Shown here: positions 37,901 through 52,300 of the stretch, piece by piece
How the letters are laid out: every line of letters begins with the position of its first letter
Position numbering within the stretch: position 1 is the stretch's first letter
Assembly: GCA_051294375.1 (NCBI GenBank)
Contig: CM119268.1
Span: 23,225,070-23,289,069, forward strand
Direction: 5' to 3'
Source: Paraspadella gotoi
Lineage: Eukaryota > Animalia > Chaetognatha
DNA: 64,000 bases
The notes under the pieces: generated by a model
What the model was told of the DNA's origin: nothing
Database searches by the model: none
Seen by the model: only the letters and a program-made list of their open reading frames with translations
Translations under genes and position numbers: made by a program

Positions 37901-40253
37901 ACCTCCCTTCGGCCATGATGCAAATCTGTGTTTGTAGAGATTGAGACGACTAAATGTTGCAAAATATTGCTAAATATTGCTAAATATTACTCTAAAAAAA
38001 CAGAGGCGTTCATTTAAGCTTTACCTAATTCCAAAATTAAAAGAAGCACATCAGGTCAAAACTTAAAGAGGCACATATGTTCAAATGAAAATTAGGCCGA
38101 TGAGTTCAAAAATAAAAGAAGCAAACCTAATTGCACATTTTTTGGTCAAAATTCACCACCTGATCGAATAGTTCAAAAGTCTCTGAACTGGGCTGATGGA
38201 TTGTGCAGAGTATCGTTCGTCCCGTCGCAGCGTAAGTCTTCAAGACTTTGACGAGGGATCTCGCCATGAAAGAATCCAAACCGGAAGTTGGTTCATCACA
38301 AAAGATGAGCGTCGGTTTGGTTAGGATTTCAGTGGCAAAGGCCAATCGCTTGGCCTCACCACCAGATATGCCTGTGGCAGAGATTGATCAGGATAAAATA
38401 TGGATGTACAATGATGATATTAACAACATGAAAAACTGAAACTGAAAAACAAGTCAGGGGAAAGACCATATAACAACGATCCATATAAAATTATCCATTC
38501 ATTTAATAAATAAGCAATCTTGCCCCTGACATTGGACAGGCTATGGTGGTTTAAGGCCTCCATCACTCTAACAAGGCAATAACATAGCAAAACTCTGTAA
38601 GCTTTCAATCAAGACTCTTACACAGTCTCGGTTATTCACTCCCAGTGTACCCGGCTTGTTTACCAATGTAGCGTGGTAATATTTTCAATTGTATAAAAGG
38701 ACCAAGCAATAGATTGGGGAATGCATTACTCCACACTAGCATCGAAATACAGGCTGAATTTTATGAAATTGGTGCAACCAATATTATTTTTACCTTGCAA
38801 AGACAGATGGTAGAGTCTGAGAATTTAATTGATAATTAATGTTATTGGCTGCCAAAATGGGACAAATTTGAAAAGGCCACTCATCCTATTGATTTCGCAT
38901 CACCCTTTGACACAAAGCAAGCGTCCCTTTTCGTATTCCAATTATTCAATCACCTCGCCGCCTCGGATTCCAAACTCCTTACCTTTGGTAAGTCCAGGTT
39001 TTCCAATCTTCACATTTTCACACTTTTTGAGTCCCATCTGTCGCATCACGCTCTCCACTCTCTTCTTCCTCTCACTCCTCTTTTCCTTCTTCATTCTCAG
39101 ATGAGCGTGGAAGAGAAGATGCTCCTTGACTTTGAGTCCGCCCATGAAGATATCGTCTTGTTGCACGAAGACGGAATTGTTGCACATGTCATTTTGGTCG
39201 ACTGGAGGAGGAGGAGAGGGTTTAAAGGAGGGAGAGAACCTTTTTTTTTTACTTGGGACAAGGATTAAGACGTAATAGACGTTCTTATTGTCTTTTATTA
39301 CATTCATTTATACATTCAATCATATGATTCATTCATAATTTTATATGATTCAATCATTCAATTAATTAATTAATTAATTAATTAATTAATTGGCACTGTT
39401 TTTCAAAAGCGCCCCTTTTCTATTCCTAATCCTTGAACTTAATTTTACTCTAAGTCTCTAATTTTATTTTCTAATCCTAAATCCTAATCTTCAACAAAAA
39501 CTTAAATCATATCCTTAACTCTAATCCCTATCCTTAATCTACCCTAATCCCTATCCTTAATCTACCCTAATCCCTATCCTTAATCTACCCTAATCTTTGA
39601 ACCAAAAAACTAAATTTATTCCTAGATTTAAGCTAAAAAGGGGCGCTTTTGGCAAAAAAAGTCGGCTTTTTTGGTTTATCTAGATGGGGTTCATTTCATT
39701 GACCGTTTTTGATAAAAAGGATGTAGAATCAAAAATGAGGCCAGTACCATTTGTACCATTTGGGTTTAGGCTGATTCTTCAGTGATGGAACGAGACAAGA
39801 AAAGCCAAACAATGTGCAATTAGGACAACGAGGTGAAACAAAAAAAACAAAAAAAACAAAAGAACAAAGTGTTTCTTTTTTTTTTGGGGGGGGGGTGGGT
39901 TTAGAAAGGAAAAGAAAAAGAAAAAAAAGAAGAAAATAACCGTTTTTGATCCACTTAGCAAAAGAGAGGGTTGTATTATTGTATTTTCTTATCTCAATTA
40001 ACATTTGTTTTTATAACGCACTTAAATCTAATTAAAAAAAAAATTATCACGTACACTAATTTTATTTTGTATCAATTTTTGTTGTAAAATTATTCATTTT
40101 ATTTTATTTTGTCATATTTTTAATTCATTTTTAAACACCCTATTACTTATTTTCTCCATTTTGCAGAATTTCGACACCTTAACTTTTCGAGATCCCGCCC
40201 AGTATTTCCATTCGTTGTCTTCAATCCCCTTGAGGAAAATAATCTCATTCTGA

Positions 40254-40290
<37 letters not shown>

Positions 40291-40318
40291 CTTTCTTTCT
40301 TTCTTTTCTTTCTTTCTC

Positions 40319-40365
<47 letters not shown>

Positions 40366-43300
40366 GACTTTTCTCATTTTCGGTTCGATTGTCCGTCTGT
40401 CTGTCCGCCCTGCATACAGATTTGTCGGGACTTAACCTTAAAACTAGACATTAGTGAAAAAAAGCAGAGAGAGATCGAGCGACCGACCTACCGACCGAGC
40501 GAAATAAGAAATGAAAAGCAAAGTTTAAAAAGAACATAAATAGTTTTTTCTTTAGTCTTTTAGACTTTCTTGTTCTTAACTTTAATGAAAATTTTGTGAT
40601 TTGAAAACTTCAGGTGTCGGTTGACCACAAGAATGTTAAAATTTAAAATTACAAAAACACAACTAATAATAAAACGAATAAAATATTAGCCGGAAGAAAA
40701 ATATCACAAATTAAAATATGAGAAATTTGAAGCAGGGGAACAGGAAAACACGATACGATTAAAGCCGTTTAGCCTTACCGGCCAACAATATAAATCACAA
40801 CGAACAATGAAAGAATAATTAATAAATATGTAAATGGTCACTTTAAAAATGAATTTACTCCTAAACGTCTCCCTCCCTNNNNNNNNNNNNNNNNNNNNNN
40901 NNNNNNNNNNNNNNNNNNNNNNNNNNNNNNNNNNNNNNNNNNNNNNNNNNNNNNNNNNNNNNNNNNNNNNNNNNNNNNNNNNNNNNNNNNNNNNNNNNNN
41001 NNNNNNNNNNNNNNNNNNNNNNNNNNNNNNNNNNNNNNNNNNNNNNNNNNNNNNNNNNNNNNNTTACTTTTCTCATTTCCTTTTCCTATCCTCTCCTTTC
41101 TTTCATCTACCTCTCTTTCTCTCTCTCTCTTCCCGTTCTCTTCCTCTCTCCTCTTATTACATTCCTTCCTCTGACTCTTCTCTATTCTCCACTCTTTCTC
41201 CCTCTTACTCCTCTCCATCTCTCTCTCCTCTTTCCTCCNNNNNNNNNNNNNNNNNNNNNNNNNGAGAGGAGAGAGGAAGGGAGAGAGGGGGAAGGAAAGG
41301 GAGAGTTTCAATATGCAAAATTCAGAGGTAAAAAAGTTGTTAATTTTAAGTATTTTATATTTCAAGTATTTTATTGAAAAAAAATAAAGTTTGTAAAATA
41401 AGTATTTTAACTAAACAAACCGATCATCTTTTTTCTAATGAATTATTTTGAACGGCTAATTTTTTTTTCAAAAAAATATATGAATTTGTTCGACCATATA
41501 AAAATTATCCATTATTTAATAAATAAGCTATCCTGTCCATGACTTTGGATATTACTCTTGTTGGTCTTAAGGCCTCCAATCACTCTTTTACAATGATAAT
41601 GACATAGCCAGGTCATGACCTTCTCACAACAGTCTCGTTTTATTCACTCCCAGATCGGAGCCTTCCTATCATGAATTGGTATTGTCAAGAGATGTTTCAA
41701 TATTTATGAAAACTTTCCCGTTTGGTTTTTCTTACGCTTGTGATTGTGATGAAATGTCATCTTTAGACTTAACTCAACCTGTGAATCTTACACTTGTGAA
41801 TGTGAATATGAATTTGGAATGTTGAATTCGTCTTGTGAAATGTGGATAAAATGTCTTTCTTTAGACCTAATTCACCTCCACATTGGCTTTCATTCCCGGA
41901 TTTTGGTCATTAGCTTTTTCCCTCTCAGTTGATTGAAATCTGAACGAAAGCATTGTTTGAGTTTAGGGTCATTCCCTTCATCCGCCAGGTTCGCATGGAG
42001 CGTCAAGTCGCGTCGTAGATGGCACGACATCTTCAGTTCTCGACAGGGGAAATAGTAAGAAGTAGGACATGTACTGCGAAATGTGAAAGAGGATAAAATA
42101 TGGTCATGTAGTCATTTGGGCTTTATATATTCCAAGAACGCCACAATTTTATCTTAAACTGTCGAAATTTGGTTATTTTTTAAAAGATTGAGTTAAAGGT
42201 GAAGGATATGTTTGGGAAAGGGATCTGGTAGTGACTGAGGGGGATAAGATTTTCGTTAGGGCTTCAGTGGTTATTAGGTTAGAGTCTAGGGTTAGGGAAT
42301 GGGTGGTTAGGAATTAGTGTTTACGGGATTGGTTTAGGTAAACGTTAGAAATATTTTTAGGGTAAAATAGTTAAAGTAAAAATAATTCTCCCGAAAAACT
42401 TAGAAGGAGGTATTTTTGCGAATAATATGAGCCAACGATGTTTTTTTGTTATTTGGTATTTAATTTTCTAAGTTTTTAATCGGTCAGGCTATGGGATTAA
42501 GTTAGGAGTTTTTGGTTTAGGTACAAGATTTGGTGTTAATTATTAAGGCTTAAGAATAGAGCGATAAGAATGGTATTTCTGCTATTAGGGTTAGGAATAA
42601 AGGTTAAGAATTAAGAGTTTAAATTACGTATTGATTAAAAGATTAGGTTTAAAACATTCAAACATTTTCCAAATATTGAACATACAATATTCCTATAGAA
42701 TGGTACATGACCATTGTAAAACAGAAAATTATCCTGAAGTGTATCATAGTTAAATAATGAAAAGGCTATCTTGCACTGGACTTTTACTGTTTTTCTCACC
42801 AACGCTGAACACTTTTAGATAATGACTGGAATGTCCATCAACGACGATGAGGGAATGCACGCTGAACAAGCAGTGAGATTGTCAAGGATAATGGGGCGTG
42901 CACCAACAGACAGCCGCCACGTTGGAACGAGTTGGAGAGACTCGAGGCAAAGAAGACCACATGAGAATTGCAACGGCAGCGACCATCAGGTTTGGTGGCC
43001 AAGGATGAAAGGATAAACGGCGGAAGTGGTCGATGCTGGCCGACCTTGAGAGATTTGGGTATGAAAGCTGAGAATATTAACCACTGGGCACCCTTGGCGT
43101 CTCAACCCTGATTTAATTTTACACCTATCCAATCAATCTTAACTCTCAATCTTTCAGTTTTATTCATTTCCCTGTATTTTCCGCCTCATACTATCATCCA
43201 ATACTATTTTACACCTTATAAATTGAAATCAGAATCCCAGTCCCCTTAATGCCAATTTTGTAAATTCCTGTCCCAAAATGTAATCCCCTTAATCCTTTTG

Positions 43301-46300
43301 TATCAATAGTCCCGCCGAAAATGTAATTCCCCTTATCCTATTAATTGGTCAAAATGAACCCCTATCCCATTTTGTTCTTCGCCAAAATGTAATTCCCCCT
43401 TATCCATTATTGTAAATCATTTTGTCCAATTATCCCTACCGATCCTTCCCAAAATGTAATTCCCCTTATTCATTATGTACATTACGGCCATCCAAATCCA
43501 AAAATCCATTTTAAAATAATCCAAATTCACTAAAATCCAGGTTCCTTCTAAATCGCAAATTCCCCCTCTCTACTACCACTTTACCGAGCGGAGGTCGACT
43601 AGGTTTCCTTGAGAAGACCACCAAGTTAGATAATGTTGATGATCGATCATCGAAGGTGACAAAAAAATCTCAAGAGAACAAGAAAGTGAAGATGGCGAAT
43701 GTAAGTAAACTACCGTCTAGTAGACTCCGCCTTAAAGAATAAATCATCTGGATGAGGAGAAACAGTCTTATTTCCAAGCTTTCCTTTAATCTCTTCATTG
43801 TGTAGTAAGTAATTTATTCGTTGCATTTGAAATAATTATAATGAAGAATTTAAATTTTATAATAATTATTATACTATTATATTACTATCTCTGAACCGCA
43901 TAACGTCATATATCTGAATCAGATATATAAAAGACCTACTCTTAGATGGCTTTGATTCGCTAATCAGTTGCACTCAACAGCGTGCCCATCTTACACACTG
44001 AATCACAGACATGCAATGTGTGTCAGGAATCAAAACGATGAAGCAGCAATGATGGTAGCTGGTGGAGACGCAGGATAGTGATGTGTGTAAGAGAGCCCCG
44101 GGAATGCTCTGCTGGGGCCGCTCACTTTGCGGAAGTCAATGTTGGAACCACGGGTGATTCCAATGATAAGACTCAGGACTGTGGAATAAAAATTAAATGG
44201 TGGTGTAGCTTATATAATATATCGTGAGCTGAGGAGTGGATGAGATGCTTCCGACACTTCTTTGACCCCTTCTAGCAAGCCATGGAACAGGAGTTCACTG
44301 GAGCGTATAGGACAGGCTTCGAGGTATATCTCAGGCCCCAAAGCGTTTATGGCCGTCCACCAGCTTCCCAAATGGTAGTTACCATGGGGATAAAATCCCG
44401 AAAATATAAATGTTCATGAGCTGATGGTGTCCTAAATGGAGCCACCGAGTCATGACTGAATATTTCATGCTAATAGGTGGGGTGAACTTTTTAGAAATGC
44501 CCGACTACAATTACGAGGTCAATCCTTTGGTCAGAATAAGATCAATATTTTTGGTCGATTTGAAAGATCATTGGTCAAGTACCATTGGTCAACTCTTCCA
44601 GTTTATTGCCTCAATTGAGGTTACAAGAAGTAAAGTTTACTAAAGCGGTGCCAGGTCATACTTGCTCATGCTTGTACTCCGAGTGTTGAGATGAGACGAA
44701 CTAAAAAGGACATGGGCTCTCTCAATAGTCGCTATAGTTTGACGCTTAAAGATCTCGCCAAACTGTAAAAAAACAAACAAAAAAAAACAGAAAGGCTATT
44801 CAAACATCTAGATGTTTTCTTTTACATATGTAAATTGCAATATGTAGCCAACGTTACCAGGCTAAACTCTCACCTGCCGATTGAACAATAGGTATTTTTT
44901 TGCAACACGACAACTTGACTTTGTTATCCCGAAAATTAGCCGATCCTGGCGAATTGATTAGATCATCAATGTCCTGAAAAAAGAATCAAGTTCTCAGCGA
45001 TGCATTTATAGATGTATTTCTCTCTTTCTCTCTCTTTCTCTTCTCTCTCTTTCCATCCCTCATATTTCTCAAAGCATCTGTCTAATGTCAAACACATCTG
45101 TCTAATGTCAATGCCCCTGTCTAATGTTAACGCACGCTGTCTAATGTCAATGCTCCTGTCTAATGTCAACGCAACCTGTTTAATATCAACGCACCTGTCT
45201 AACGTCAGCGCATTTGTCTAATGTCAACGCACCTGTCTAATATCAGCGCATTCTTTGCTGCTCTCAAAGCCTCCGTCAATTTCTGAACTCTTTCGCGACA
45301 CTGATCCTCTTTGCCAGGAATCACGGCAAAGTGAAGATTAATGATCGGCCGGGTTGTATGCCTGAGGGCACGGAAACCCCGCCCGTTGAAAGGCAGCCAT
45401 GCAGTCGACGGTAGAGCGATGAAGGCGCACCTCCCTTCGGCCATGAATGCAAATCTGTGTTTGTAGAGATTGAGACGACTAAATGTTGCAAAATAATTGC
45501 TAAAATATTGCTAAATATTACTCTAAAAAAAACAGAGGCGTTCATTTAAGCTTTACATAATTCCAAAATTAAAAGAAGCACATCAGGTCAAAACTTAAAG
45601 AGGCACATATGTTCAAATGAAATTAGGCCGATGAGTTCAAAAATAAAAGAAGCAAACCTAATTGCACATTTTTTGGTCAAATTCACCACCTGATCGAATA
45701 GTTCAAAAAGTCTCTGAACTGGGCTGATGGATTGTGCAGAGTATCGTTTCGTCCCGTCGCAGCGTAAGTCTTCAAGACTTTGACGAGGGATCTCGCCATG
45801 AAAGAATCCAAACCGGAAGTTGGTTCATCACAAAAAGATGAGCGTCGGTTTGGTTAGGATTTCAGTGCGCAAGGCCAATCGCTTGGCCTCACCACCAGAT
45901 ATGCCTGTGGCAGAGATTGATCAGGATAAAATATGGATGTACAATGATGATATTAACAACATGGAAAAACTGAAACTGAAAAACAAGTCAGGGGAAAGAC
46001 CATATAACAACGATCCATATAAAATTATCCATTCATTTAATAAATAAGCAATCTTGCCCTGACATTGGACGGCTATGGTGTTTAAGGCCTCCATCACTCT
46101 AACAAGGCAATAAATAGAAACTCTGTAAGCTTTCAAATCAAGACTCTTTACACAGTCTCGGTTATTCACTCCCAGTGTACCCGGCTTGTTTACCAATGTA
46201 GCGTGTAATATTTTCAATTGTATAAAAGGACCAAGCATTAGATTGGGGAATGCATTACTCCACACTAGCATCGAAATACAGGCTGAATTTTATGAAATTG

Positions 46301-47822
46301 GTGCAACCAATATTATTTTTACCTTGCAAAGACAGATGGTATGAGTCTGAGAATTTAATTGATAATTAATGTTATTGGCTGCCAAAATGGGACAAATTTG
46401 AAAAGGCCACTCATCCTATTGATTTCGCATCACCCTTTGACACAAAGCAAAGCGTCCCTTTTCGTATTCCAATTATTCAATCACCTCGCCGCCTCGATTC
46501 CAAACTCCTTACTTTGTAAGTCCAGGTTTTCCAATCTTCACATTTTCACACTTTTTGAGTCCCATCTGTCGCATCACGCTCTCCACTCTCTTCTTCCTTC
46601 TCACTCCTCTTTTCCTTCTCATTCTCAGATGAGCGTGGAAGAGAAGATGCTCCTTGACTTTGAGTCCGCCCATGAAGATATCGTCTTGTTGCACGAAGAC
46701 GGAATTGTTGCACATGTCATTTTGGTCGACTGGAGGAGGAGGAGAGGTTTAAAGGAGGGAGAGAACCTTTTTTTTTACTTGGGACAAGGATTAAGACGTA
46801 ATAGACGTTCTTCTTGTGCCAAATGTTAGGTGACATTCATTCCATACACACACTTCATTAGTCTTTTTACATATTTATACATTCAATCATATGATTCATT
46901 CATAATTTTATATGATTCAATCATTCAATTAATTAATTAATTAATTAATTAAATTAATTGGCACTGTTTTTCAAAGCGCCCTTTTTCTATTCCTAATCCT
47001 TGAACTTAATTTTACTCTAAGTCTCTAATTTTATTTTCTAATCCTAAATCCTAATCTTCAACAAAAACTTAAATCATATCCTTAACTCTAATCCCTATCC
47101 TTTAATCTACCCTAATCCCTATCCTCTAATTCTACCCTAATCCTATCCTTTAATCTACCCTAATCTTTGAACCAAAAAAACTTAAATTTATTCCTAGATT
47201 TAAGCTGAAAAGGGGCGCTTTTGGCAAAAAAACGTCGCTTTTTTGGTTTATCTAGATGGGGTCATTTCATTGACCGTTTTTTGATAAAAGAATGTAGAAT
47301 CAAAAATGAGGCCAGTACCATTTGTACCATTTGGGTTTAGGCTGATACTTCAGCGATGGGAACGAGACAAGAAAAGCAAACAATTGTGCAATTAGAAAAC
47401 AACGAGGTGAAACCAAAAAAAAAACAAAAAAACGAAAAGTGTTTCTTTTTTTTTGGGGGGGGGGGTGGGTTTAGAAAGGAAAAGAAAAGAAAAAAAAGAA
47501 GAAAATAACCGTTTTTTGATCCACTTAGCAAAAGAGAAGGTTGTATTATTGTATTTTCTTATCTCAATTAACATGTTTTTATATACGCACTTAAATCTAA
47601 TTAAAAAAAAATATTTATCACGTACACTAATTTTATTTGTATTCATTTTTGTTGTAGAAATTATTCATTTTATTTTATTTTGTCATATTTTTAATTCATT
47701 TTTAACACCCTATTACTTTTTTCTCCATTTTGCAGAATTTCGACACCTTAACTTTCGAGATCCCGCCCAGTATTTCCATTCGTTGTCTTCAATCCCCTTG
47801 AGGAAAATAATCTCATATCTGA

Positions 47823-47882
<60 letters not shown>

Positions 47883-47917
47883 TTCTTTCTTTCTTTCTTT
47901 TCTTTCTTTCTTCTCTC

Positions 47918-47963
<46 letters not shown>

Positions 47964-48010
47964 TTCTTTCTCTCTCTTTCTCTTTTCTTACTCTTCTCTC
48001 TTTTTTTACT

Positions 48011-48047
<37 letters not shown>

Positions 48048-48551
48048 GACTTTTCTCATTTTCGGTTCGATTGTCCGTCTGTCTGTCCGCCCTGCATACA
48101 GATTTGTCGGACTTAACCTTAAAACTAGACATTAGTGAAAAAAAGAAAAGCAGAGAGAGATCGAGCGGACCGAACCGCGAAATAAGAAATGAAAAGCAAA
48201 GTTTAAAAGAACATAAATAGTTTTTTCTTTAGTCTTTTAGACTTTCTTGTTCTTAACTTTTAATGAAAATTTTGTGATTTGAAAACTTCAGGTGTCGGTT
48301 GACCACAAGAATGTTAAAATTTAAAATTACAAAAACACAACTAATAATAAAACGAATAAAAATATTAGCCGGAAGAAAAAATATCACAAATTAAAATATG
48401 AGAAATTTGAAGCAGGGGAACAAGAAAACACGATACGATTAAAGCCGTTAGCCTTACCGGCCAACAATATAATCTACAACGAACAATGAAAGAATAATTA
48501 ATAAATATGTAAATGGTCACCTTTAAAAATGAATTTACTTCCTAAACGTCT

Positions 48552-48631
<80 letters not shown>

Positions 48632-48773
48632 TCATTTAACTGCATTTCTGTGTATCTCATGCTCCAGCACCCCACCTTTTTATACGTTACAGCATTTACG
48701 GATTATCTCTATTCTATTTTCGTTATTATCCATTTCGTTCGGAATATCTCTTCTCTCTCCTCTCTCTCTCTCT

Positions 48774-48820
<47 letters not shown>

Positions 48821-49265
48821 TTCAGGTTATCTCGAATCCGCTTATGGTTTATGGCTACAATAATAAACCGACAAAAGCAAAGATGCCAATCTTCTTCTTT
48901 TCCTCCCTTCCTCTCTTAACCCCTTAACTTACTTTTCTCATTTCCTTTTCCTTCTCTCTCCTTTCTTTCATCTACCTCTCTTTCTCTCTCTCTCTCTTCC
49001 CGTTCTCTTCCTCTCTCCTCTATATTACATTCCTTCCTCTGACTCTTCTCTATTCTCCACTCTTTCTCCCTTCTTATCCTCTCGCATCTCGTCTCTCCTC
49101 TTTCCTCCCCACCCCCCTCTCTCTCTCTTTCTCTCAATCTCTTCTCTTCTTTCTCCTCTTTCTCTCTCTCTCTCTCTTTTTCTCTCTCTTCCCCTTGTCT
49201 CTCTCTCTTCTTTTTCCTCTCTCTCCCCCTCCTCCCACCCCTCCCTCTCCCTCTTCTCTCTCTCT

Positions 49266-49302
<37 letters not shown>

Positions 49303-52300
49303 GAATATCTAGATGAAACTGGATAATTTCTCTTCTTTATGAGACAAGAGGAACCAAAACGTTTGTTTCTTCCGAAGAAAAATTCAGAAGCCAACAATTT
49401 TTAGTTGCGTCGCGAGTATAAGTCAGTTTTCGGTCGATCGGTCGATCTGATGGAACAATAATAATAACTTGGTCTTGGCTAATGATACTCCCTTTGGTTG
49501 CTCTTTTGTTATTTTTGCGCATAGAACATTGGAATCTCGGCGACTGATAGCGTCCCCTTTCATTTTTAAAGGAAACAGAATTCGGATGCAGTGGATGTCC
49601 AACGCTCACATGATGTCACCATAAAAAAGTCACTGCGGAGCAAAACTTTGGAATTTCCCTTCTTTGCTCTTTGTTTGTTTCGTCTGGTTTTGTTTTGTTA
49701 ATTTGTTTTTTATGTATTCATTCATTTCTTCAATAATTCATTCACACATTCATTGATTAATTTGTTTCTTCCATATGTTCATTCATTCATTCATTCATTC
49801 ATTCATTCGTTCATTCGTTCATTTATTCACTCATTGTCTACATTTAATTTTTTTTTTACATTCTTTATTAATATTTTTATTAATTTTTCAATCCACCCAT
49901 CCCTCTCCATTCCTTCCCACCCAATTACATCCCTCTCCCCCTAATTACATCCCTNNNNNNNNNNNNNNNNNNNNNNNNNGAGAGGAGAGAGGAAGGGAGA
50001 GAGGGGGAAGGAAAGGGAGAGTTTCAATATGCAAAATTCAGAGGTAAAAAAGTTGTTAATTTTAAGTATTTTATATTTCAAGTATTTTATTGAAAAAAAA
50101 TAAAGTTTGTAAAATAAGTATTTTAACTAAACAAACCGATCATCTTTTTTCTAATGAATTATTTTGAACGGCTAATTTTTTTTTCAAAAAAATATATGAA
50201 TTTGTTCGACCATATAAAAATTATCCATTATTTAATAAATAAGCTATCCTGTCCATGACTTTGGATATTACTCTTGTTGGTCTTAAGGCCTCCAATCACT
50301 CTTTTACAATGATAATGACATAGCCAGGTCATGACCTTCTCACAACAGTCTCGTTTTATTCACTCCCAGATTTCTGGGCTTCCCTATCATGAATTGGTAT
50401 TTTTTCAAGAATGTTTCAATATGTTATGAAAATTCCCTTTGGTTTTTCTTCGCTTGTGATTTGTGATAAATTGTATCTTTAGACTTAACTCACTGTGAAT
50501 TTCACTTGTGAATGTGAATATGAATTTGAATGTTAGAATTCGCTCTTATGTGTAATGTGGATAAATGTCTTTCTTAGACCTAATTCACCTCCACATTGGC
50601 TTTCATTCGCCGGGATTTTGTCATTGGCTTTTTCCCTCTCAGTTGATTGAATCTGGAACGGAAAGCATTGTTTGAGTTTAGGTCATTCCTTCATACCGCC
50701 AGGTTCGCATGGAGCGTCAAGTCCGTGTAGATGGCCGACATCTTCATTCTCCAGGGAATTAGTAGAAGTAGGACATTGTACTGCGAAATGTGAAAGCGGA
50801 TAAAGATTGTCATTTTTGGCTTTATATCCAAGAACCGCCAACATTTTATCTTAAATTCGAAATTTGGTTATTTTTTAAAGATTGGTTAAAGGTGAAGGAA
50901 TTATGTTTGGAAAGGGATCTGGTAGTGATGAGGGGAAGGATTTCGTTAGGGTCTTCAGTGGTTATTAGGTTAGAGTCTAGGGTTAGGAATTGGCGTGTTA
51001 GGGAATTAGTGTTTAGGGATTGGTTAGTAAAATGTTAGAAATATTTTTAGGTTAAATATTAAAGTAAAAAAATAAATTTCTCCGAAAAACTTAGAGGAGG
51101 TATTTTTGCGAAAAGAGAGCCACGATGTTTTTTTGTTATTGGGTATTTAATTTTCTAAGTTTTAATCGGTCAGGCTATGGGATTATTTAGAAGTTTTGGT
51201 TTAGGGTACAAGATTTGGGTTAATTATTAAGGCTTAAGAATAAAGCGATAAGATGGTATTTCTGTATTAGGGTTAGGAATTAAAGGTTTAAGAATTAAGG
51301 TTTTAAATTACGTATTTTGATTAAAAGATTAGGGTTTAAAACATTTCAAACATTTTCCGAAAATAGTTGCTCAATTCCTATAAAATTTGGTACAACCATT
51401 TAAAAAAAATTATCCATTTCATTAAAATAAAGCTATCTTGCCCCTGACTTTTTACTGTTTTTCTCCCAACCTTGAAACACTTTTAAAATGACTGGAATGT
51501 CCATCAACGACGATGAGGAATCCGCTGAACAACATGACGATTGTCCAGGATTGGGCGTCACCAACGACGCCGCCACGTTGGAACGAGTTGGAGAGACTCG
51601 AGGCAAAGAGACCACTATGGAGATTGCAACGGGCAGCGACCATCAGGTTTGTGCCAAGGATGAAAGGATAAACGGCGGAAGTGTCGATTTGCTGGGCCGA
51701 CTTGGAGAGATTTGGGTGAAAGCTGAGAATATTAAACCACTTTGGGACCCTTGGGCGTCTCACCCATGATTTTAATTTTACACCATCCAATCAATCTTAA
51801 CTCTCCATCTTTCAGTTTTTATTCATTTCCCTGTATTTCCCCTCATCTATCATCCAACTATTTTACACCTTATAAATTGAAATCAGAAATCCCAGTCCCC
51901 TTATCCATTTTGTAAATTCCTGTCCCAAATGTAATTCCCCTTAATACCTTTTGTATCGTGTCCCCCAAAAATGTAATTCCCCTTATCCATTTTGTAAAAT
52001 CCTGTCCCCAAAATGTAATTCCCCTTATCCATTATTGTAAATCATTTTGGTCTCCAAAATTATTCCCCTTATCCTTTTGTAATCCTGTCCCCTCAAAATG
52101 TAATTCCCCTTATTCATTATGTACATTACGGCCTCCAAATCAAAAGTCCATTTTAAAATTCCAAATTCCTAAAATCCAGGTCCTTCTAAAATCGCAAATT
52201 CCCCTCTCTTACTCCTTTACCGAGAGGTCGACTAGGTTTCCTTGAGAAGACCATCCAGCTTAGATTAATGTTGATGATGATCATCGAAGTGACAAAAAAA

